Shown here: positions 8,457 to 14,643 of the stretch, one piece after another
Position numbering within the stretch: the stretch's first letter is position 1
Layout: the number at the start of each line of letters is the position of its first letter
Assembly: GCF_006345805.1 (NCBI RefSeq)
Contig: NW_021825718.1
Location: 1-14,643 of the forward strand
Length of the DNA stretch: 14,643 nucleotides
Reading direction: 5' to 3'
Source of the DNA: Octopus sinensis
Lineage: Eukaryota
Position numbers and translations under genes: made by a program
Notes under the pieces: model-generated
Seen by the model: the letters and a program-made list of their open reading frames with translations, nothing else
Databases searched by the model: none
What the model was told of the DNA's origin: nothing

Positions 8457-8974
8457 CTAAAGAGAGAGAAATTGTAAAATAAGCAAAGACCATTTTTAGC
8501 TTCACATTTTAGAGCATTTGATAAGACAATTTAACACAAGCTATGATCCTACACAGGATTTTACTATTGTCAAAACACCAGTTTATTTCTTTTCTGGACA
8601 AATAATCTAAGCATGTGTGTTACTATTATTTTTTATACTTTACTTTGATCAGTATATTTTATAATCACTTCCACATTCTATATATTTATACAAATCTCTT
8701 GTCAGATTTCTCTTTTATTTGGAAGTGAATGAAAAAATGGATTTCAGTCAACAATTTAAACACCCATCCAATTTTTAAGAGATTCTGTTAAAGACCATTA
8801 TTTGTAGTGAAAATCTTAGAAAAATATGTAGCATTATAGTTTTGGGATGAACAGAAGTTAATCAGAACACTTTTTCTCCACCTGTACCTCCCTCTTTCCA
8901 ATCTCTATTCTTTTGTTTTTACTTCTCTACTGTAGTCCTATTCAGAAAAAGGGGATCTTATGCTTGCAAGTTGC

Positions 8975-9197
8975 ATATGGCTGTCTCATGAATGTTGATG
9001 ACATAAAAAAAAGCATTCAGTACATGTTGTAAAGTGGTTGGCATTAGGAAGGACATACTGCCAAAGAAACCATTCCAAAGCAGACATTGGAGTATGATGC
9101 AGTTTTCAGACTCATTGGATAATATCAAACAGTCCAATGTATGGACATTAAATGATGATTTCCCAAAAACCCAGAAAGTGGATATTAAATGATGATG
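8975..9197 (+). mobile_element. Diverged RTE-tailed retroposon with a duplicated ttaaatgatgat terminus
   Basis: gtggttggcattaggaagg at 9034; ggacattaaatgatgat and ggatattaaatgatgat ends. Confidence 0.7.
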
Positions 9198-9301
9198 GAA
9201 AAGAAATGATTTTATTGGTGTCAACATTAATGATGCATGTAAACCAGTCCATTAGAGAAAGAGAAATAGAGTAGCAACAGAAAGGAAGTAGAAATGTGAA
9301 C

Positions 9302-9334
9302 AGAGAGGGAGAGAGAGTGTGTGTGTGTGTGTGT
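9302..9334. repeat. Compound (GA)n(GT)n microsatellite
   Basis: Direct reading. Confidence 0.9.
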
Positions 9335-10164
9335 GGATGGATGGAAAGAGCGTTCTGGTTAAATCCTGTTTACTCTACAAGGGAACATCTACAGACTTAG
9401 TGAAGGATATACGTGGTTGCACAACTGGTTAGAAATAGTAACCAAATCTTCAAATTGCATCCACTATTATTTTACAAAAAGGAAGAATAAATAGGATGTG
9501 GTTCTAGATGCCTGAAAATAAGTTAGGATAGCCATGTTCAGAATTCCTCTGATCATAGATCTGTTTGTTCAGGTCTGACCTGTAGCTAAATAACAATCCA
9601 TGTATTTCATCATTTACTACTGCCTTTTAGGATGATGCTAATTACATTGGATTTCATATTTTATTGATCTTAGGATAAAAAGCAAAATGAACACTGGTAG
9701 AATCTGAACTAAAAACACAAGACATTTCCTCTGATGTTCTGACAATTCTGTCGTCACTTGACTGAATTCATAAAAGTATCAAAAATTAGGAAAAATGAAA
9801 AGACTGCAAAGGAAAAAACAATTTTTGTATATTTATATTTGTTTTATCTCATTATCATAAATGGCTACTTTGGAAGAAAATGGTTTACAAAAGAGAGCTC
9901 TTCCAAGCCATTCATTCATTTTAGACATAGTAGCTGTCATAGATATATTTCAGACATTTTGTTGGACAAACAAGTTCTTCAACAATAATTCTATAACCAT
10001 TGCTGTATTTCTTGTATTCTCTGTTTGGTTCCTGTATTCTCTGACTAAAAACAATCTTTGCTTCTCTGAACATCGAAATTTCTTCAAAGCCCTCACTTCA
10101 TCACTGATAACCTTCCGGCTGATTGTGCCAGTATTTATGCAATAATTTTTGAAGTTGGGTTTAC

Positions 10165-10259
10165 CTTAAAGCTTCTGCAAAGCCATCACCACGACGAGGA
10201 ACAAAAAGTGTTGGTGTGCTGGGAACAGTGCAGTCATCTCCTTCATCAAAATGTGGTCC
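10165..10259 (-). CDS. TPR: TPR exon (95 nt, phase 0-2): [31 protein letters not shown]
   Basis: Acceptor ...gaatag| and donor AAG|gtaaac; encodes the most conserved TPR C-terminal motif ([17 protein letters not shown]). Confidence 0.97.
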
Positions 10260-10672
10260 CTATTCAATAGTGATTAAATCGATTTTAGTGGTGGTCACAT
10301 GATTATACCATTTAATGTCAAACACTGACTTCAGTAACAATACAAATACATCAATAAAAGTATTGATATTGTAAAGGAAGGTTGAAGACATAACAGCTGA
10401 AGGTGTGGATGGAAACAGATACACAAAGTGACTTAGAAAGGATTTGACATCCAGAACTGCAAAGCAAAACTACTTTAAGCCTCCATTTTTGTCCTTCCTC
10501 TGCTGTGCTAAATAGAAAGAGTAAGGGGCAACGAAGAAGGATCTTCATATAAGACAGTTTATCAGCTAGACATAGCTAAACCTCCCATTCCATTAACATC
10601 CTTAAATAAAAAAAGGAAGGACACATTAGGTGATGGCTGACCCAAAATAATAATTAATAATGATGACAGTAC

Positions 10673-11115
10673 TGCCTGATTGGTACTTGTGCCAATCGAA
10701 TGTTAAAAACACATCCAAGTGTGATCGTTGCCAGGGCCACGGATTGGCTCGCATGTTGGTGACACATGAAAAGTACCATTTGAGCATTATCATTTCCAGT
10801 GTCACCTTACTGGAACATGTGCCGGTGGCATGTGAAAAACAACATTCAATGCCATTGCTGCTGGACTGGCTCCCATGCAGGTAGCACATAAAAAACACCT
10901 TTTGAGTGTGTTGTTGCCAGAACCGCCCGACTGGCCCTCATGCCAGTGGCATGTAAAAGCACTCATTACACTCTCAGAGTGTTTGGCATTAGGAAGGGCA
11001 TGCACTTGTAGAAACTTTGCCAGATCAGACTGAGCCTGGCTCACCAGTCCTCAGTCAAACCATCCAACCCATGCCAGCATGAAAAGCAAACGTTAAATGA
11101 TGATGATGATGATGA
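10673..11115 (+). mobile_element. RTE-tailed non-autonomous retroposon with five internal 56-66 bp tandem subrepeats and a (TGA)n tail
   Basis: Subunits anchored at (G/T)AYTGG 10678, 10742, 10808, 10864, 10929; then ttggcattaggaagggcat...tcaaaccatccaacccatgccagcatg...gttaaa(tga)n. Confidence 0.85.
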
Positions 11116-11671
11116 TAAAAGAAGTATAAAAAAACTGCATTATTTATGGGATAACCCAATATATAACTATGTATGAAAGTATATATGGGTGCAGACAAGT
11201 AAATTCTTGGTTTAATACCATTTCTTAATGACTGGTAAAGCAACTGTGATGGGATCAAAGGACAACCAAAATTAAGTTTATAAGCAGACAGTTTGGTATC
11301 CTGCAGTGGTAACAAGCTGGCCATGTGTAAATGATTTCCTTTGAAGGAGAACATTTACAGACAAAAGAAATAAGGAATTCTTCCAGTTTATATATTTGTG
11401 ACATTATAACGTGGTTATCAATCTTCATAAAAGGAACAACATGATTGTGCTTAGGAATAGACTGAATAGACTGGTTTCTTTAGTTACATCACATATTTAA
11501 GATTTTTATTTCCATTAATTTATTTTTGCAACTTTTTATCATTTGTATCTCAATTGTAGTGATTTGGATTAAAGCTTGTTCATTCTATCTTCTTGTATTA
11601 AAATTTATATAAACACATACAAAAATACATATATAATCTTAAAGAGGACAACAAAAACATAGAATATTAAC

Positions 11672-11820
11672 CTGAAACATAAAAGGAATTAGTTGTGATC
11701 TTCCTGCACTCCCTGCACTGGGTGTTAGCCGTTCCGTGTGTGACCCAATTGAAGTCAGTTGAGATGAGGAATGTTGGCCAGAACTGACAGTCCCGGGACT
11801 ACTGGTTACCTGACAACTAG
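11672..11820 (-). CDS. TPR: TPR exon (149 nt, phase 1-0): (T)SCQVTSSPGTVSSGQHSSSQLTSIGSHTERLTPSAGSAGRSQLIPFMFQ
   Basis: Acceptor ttgtttgtttactcaacag| and donor CAG|gttaat; lies inside ORF-track ORF 11639-11839; phase joins both neighbouring exons. Confidence 0.87.
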
Positions 11821-11856
11821 CTGTTGAGTAAACAAACAAGAACAGAGGGGAATTAG

Positions 11857-11873
11857 AACAACAACAACAACAA
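11857..11873. repeat. (CAA)n microsatellite just upstream of a TPR acceptor
   Basis: Direct reading. Confidence 0.85.
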
Positions 11874-12852
11874 ACAGAATTATGCTATGAAGTTTTTTGT
11901 TGCTGTTTTTTATGAAATAAGAGTGATGAAAGACTGGTGGTACTTGTACATGGGTGGAGTGAATTAAAATCAGGTTTCATTGGCCAAGACATTGGTCTGT
12001 TCCAACTAGCTTTCAGGAATGAATACCAGACCTAAAGAAACAGTCTTGCTATATATTTTACTGATTTATGATCAATGACTCATCTTCTTAAAATGTTTTT
12101 CATGATCTGGAATTGATTAACTTACAATTTTAAATTTTAAATCAAAAACAATTTTACTCCTTTGTATTTTTCACAAGGAAGGTTACTTATTGATAGATTT
12201 CCAATATTAATTTTTAATACATAATGTATACCTGAAGATGTAATCATTACCTCAGGTGTGCATATAAATGTTATTATCTATTTCGATTATACATGCACGT
12301 GAATGCTGAGATCTATTAGTTTAGTCATGTGTACATGTGTCATCTGTTTTGGATCATACTTGTTCCTCATCTGAAATTTTGCCAGACAGACTATTTAAGC
12401 AAATAAATCCTAAGTAGCCGAGTGATATGACTAGCTAAGAGAATGGCATTATTTGTGATTTGGTAGTTAAAATTATGAAACCCTTTTGTATTTTGTTTGT
12501 ACACTGAGTAGATCATATTCACTTATTCATAAATAATTGCTGCAGTACTCTTACATTTACTGACAGTTTCACTTTTATACAGTATTATACACTTGTGATA
12601 TCATCACAGTGTATTTTTGATATAGAATGGGGCAGGAATGTTTCTTGGCAAGATGTATCTAATTTTAATAGTATTCCAAACAACAAAACTTCACATATGA
12701 AATAACTGAAGTAGTTAGAGAGATCAACTATTCAATTTAGTAAGCTTAACTGAAAAGAATGTATTGATGAAGACATCACACTGTCCCATCCATCAGATAA
12801 AGCACTGCTAATATTTTGATAATATTTTTATATACTTGAACTACATATCATT

Positions 12853-13047
12853 AAGGTAGTGAGCAGGCAGAATCCTTATCCACACCAGAAAACATACTCA
12901 GAGGGAATCTCTCCTGTCTTTACACTCAGTTAAAATACTGCTGAAGTTGAATTTGCTTTTCATCCTTTCAGGGTCGATAAAATGAGAAACTATTGAGCAC
13001 TGGGCTTAATGTAATTAACCAACCCCCTTTCCCCAAAATTTCAGGTC
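12853..13047 (+). mobile_element. SINE family B, near full length
   Basis: aaggtagtgagcaggcagaatc head, tttgcttttcatcctttcagggtcgataaa...gagcactggg...aatgtaatt body, cccctttccccaaaatttcagg tail. Confidence 0.8.
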
Positions 13048-13444
13048 TAAAGAATGTTTAAGGGTTAATATGCAGGCATGACTAAATGGTTATGAAGTTT
13101 ATTTTACAAGTATGAGGTCCCAGGTTATATTCTACTTGGATGTCAAGTAGTATAAAATATGTGACATTACCATATGGTATAAAGTGTGTGGTACTTTCAA
13201 CTATAGCCATGCCCTCCAATGGAAACTGACTGACAGGAATTATAGGAATATCTGTCATTTAACTACGTTCAAAAGATTGGCCTTGTCACACACACATACA
13301 CACTGTTGCACTGAGATTTGTAGAATTCTTATTTTCTCTTCTGTCTTAGCAATTTAGTATGAGTTACAGAGGTTGAAATGATTCATATATTAGTATTAGT
13401 CAAGTATTTTAAGACAACTTTAATTTTTGCTAACAGCACAATTA

Positions 13445-13460
13445 GTGTGTGTGTGTGTGT
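13445..13460. repeat. (TG)n microsatellite
   Basis: Direct reading. Confidence 0.9.
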
Positions 13461-13606
13461 ATGTATCTACACTCATACATACACAATACAAGTAATGTAT
13501 GTATATACACAAACATATACCACTTGTACTGAACAATTCTTACTCGAAGCACAAGTCAAATATACTCAGCATTTACAAATGTCTTTTTAGTGAAAAAAAG
13601 ACTTAC

Positions 13607-13717
13607 TTGGCTGTTCCTGAGTTGATGTTTGCTGGGGGTCATCATTTGGGGAATCAATTTGTGTATTGCCATCATTACCGCCATCATTATCATTGTCTTC
13701 ATCAGTATTATCATCAT
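13607..13717 (-). CDS. TPR: TPR exon (111 nt, phase 1-1), acidic: DDNTDEDNDNDGGNDGNTQIDSPNDDPQQTSTQEQP
   Basis: Acceptor ttttttttcctttctgttctag| and donor |gtaagt; open in the frame required by the next exon; fits the D/E-rich TPR segment. Confidence 0.88.
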
Positions 13718-13766
13718 CTAGAACAGAAAGGAAAAAAAATACCCATCAAAACAAACTTTATTACAA

Positions 13767-13927
13767 TCATCATCATCATTTAACATCCATCGTCCATGCT
13801 GGCATGGGTCGGATGGTTTGATCAGGGGTGGTAAACTGAAGGGCTGCACCAGACCCCAGTTTGATTTGGTATGCTTTCTATGGCTGGATGCCCTTCCTAA
13901 TGCCAACCACTCTGAGAATGTAAGGGT
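13767..13927 (-). mobile_element. RTE-tailed retroposon 3' part
   Basis: (cat)n tttaacatccatcgtccatgctggcatggg...gatgcccttcctaatgccaaccactctgaga; inverted copy of 10965-11115. Confidence 0.85.
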
Positions 13928-14084
13928 ACGTTTATGCACAATGTAACAGAAATATCTATATAGGTGTTCCATTATCATCATAACTTTTAAAGGCAACCTA
14001 ACAGATGTGGCTACAAAAGGTTAACTTTTGGAATGCTAATGTTACAGAAAATAGGAACACTGCAACTCAATAGAGTCTGTCACT

Positions 14085-14310
14085 CATCATCATCATTTTA
14101 TCATCATTGTTTTAATGTTCACTTTTCCATGCTTGCATGAGTTAGCTAGAGTTTATTGAAGCAAATTTTCTAAGTTGCCAACACTCACCTGCTTCCAAAG
14201 AAGGTAATATTTCTTTATGGCCAAACATGCTTTCATGGAAGATTGGAAATGAATGACAAAATTTATATGACTATGACACTCATTTACAACTACCCTGCTA
14301 TGTTAACAGA
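14085..14310 (-). mobile_element. Second subfamily of (TGA)n-tailed retroposon, diverged
   Basis: (cat)n...ttttaatgttcacttttccatgcttgcatg shares the tail motif; the 5' extent is approximate. Confidence 0.55.
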
Positions 14311-14326
14311 GACACAGCAAACTTTT

Positions 14327-14477
14327 TTCAGGTTCGGTCTATCAAGTTCACTTACAAAGCTTTGGTTAGCCTAGGGCTACAGTAGAGACACTTGCCCAAA
14401 GCACAAATGCAGTGGGACTGAACCCAAAACCATGTGGTTGGAAAGCAAACCTCTTAACAACACAGCTATGCCTGCAC
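14327..14477 (-). mobile_element. tRNA-headed SINE family A, head and body
   Basis: Reverse complement gtgcaggcatagctgtgttgttaagag...ccacatggttttgggttcagtcccactgc...ttgggcaagtgtctctact, with degenerate Pol III A-box and B-box (GGGTTCAGTCCC). Confidence 0.8.
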
Positions 14478-14481
14478 TTTA

Positions 14482-14643
14482 TCTATAAAGCTGAGAATGT
14501 GTATGTCTGGCTGTGTCTGTATGTGTGCATCATTAAAACTTGAGAACTACCCAATGAATTTCATTCAAATTTTACACATGCCTTACTTAGGGTCCATACA
14601 GTGTCATGGGCCAAAAACATTAACTTCTTGCATAATGCGAGCC
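14482..14643 (+). mobile_element. Probable 5' end of a non-autonomous Helitron (runs off the window)
   Basis: A|TC start, tctataaagctgagaatgtgtatgtctggctgtgtctgt...gaactacccaatgaatttcattcaaatttt; resembles the 5' ends of invertebrate non-autonomous Helitrons. The diagnostic 3' hairpin and CTRR end are not visible. Confidence 0.45.

Larger units (their letters stand above)
2753..13717 (-). other. TPR: TPR gene, 3' part (9 coding exons; gene continues beyond the window end)
   Basis: All 8 introns are GT-AG and phases chain (1,0,2,1,1,2,1,1) without stops. The joined protein has TPR C-terminal hallmarks: acidic tract, then [36 protein letters not shown], then SHSELESQGALGMDDTRMDLSQFD, then an RG-rich tail. 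This matches the human TPR region [30 protein letters not shown]...RFRFG...SHSDL...SQGGLGM recalled from memory. Confidence 0.95.

Noticed and set aside
9950-10145. Minus-strand open stretch (ISDEVRALKKFRCSEKQRLF...) and a GTGATGA box just after the 10165 donor
   Set aside because: Intron retention hits TAA immediately, the peptide is unrecognisable, and the nearest CTGA is about 150 nt away with no stem.
10673-10990. CRISPR-like or ncRNA array
   Set aside because: Units are contiguous diverged repeats with no unique spacers and run into a retroposon tail; the context is eukaryotic.
7349-12239. Shared 13-mer TATACCTGAAGAT at 7349 and 12227 as transposon termini
   Set aside because: A rough estimate says a few exact 13-mer pairs are expected by chance in 14.6 kb of AT-rich DNA; no matching inverted end or further similarity was found. 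They could still be repeat fragments.
1085-12300. Hammerhead ribozyme cores (CTGATGA at 1087; CTGAAGA at 7354 and 12232)
   Set aside because: None has a pairable stem II followed by GAAA and stems I/III; the 1087 hit is the antisense of a SINE body.
247-14000. Most ORF-track ORFs (e.g. 247-450, 341-748, 899-1090, 2195-2449, 5647-6046, 7507-8133, 8958-9227, 9758-10145, 10351-11354, 13378-13996) as genes
   Set aside because: They are short, low-complexity or microsatellite/SINE-derived, or antisense shadows of real exons, with no recognisable domain. Only 1701-1982 (LINE RT), 2753-3160 and 11639-11839 (TPR exons) reflect coding sequence.

Overview
AT-rich eukaryotic genomic DNA. The repeat families (tRNA-headed SINEs, RTE-tailed retroposons ending in (TGA)n, a TTAA-ended MITE) point to a cephalopod, most likely Octopus; this is an inference from remembered repeat consensuses. 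The minus strand carries the last nine coding exons of nucleoprotein TPR (nuclear-basket protein, Megator/Mlp family). I assembled these by hand from GT-AG junctions with consistent phases: 13717-13607, 11820-11672, 10259-10165, 8456-8380, 7327-7232, 6702-6588, 5406-5354, 4979-4878 and 3162-2753 (1208 nt, about 401 aa plus stop). The plus strand carries the terminal coding exon of a cyclophilin-type PPIase (1201-1272, SFGSKSGKTSEKVTISNCGELCC*), which the ORF track misses. The two genes converge tail-to-tail with about 1.5 kb between stop codons. Introns and the intergenic region hold many SINE copies, an internally deleted RTE LINE, a decayed hAT transposase fossil, a probable piggyBac-type MITE remnant, a probable Helitron 5' end and microsatellites. 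I found no convincing new protein-coding system. The best leads are RNA-level: three abutting palindromes in the last TPR codons, a pair of opposed poly(A) signals, an in-frame internal donor that would create an 11-nt microexon, inverted SINE pairs bracketing exons, and a candidate intronic C/D snoRNA. All of these are untested inferences.
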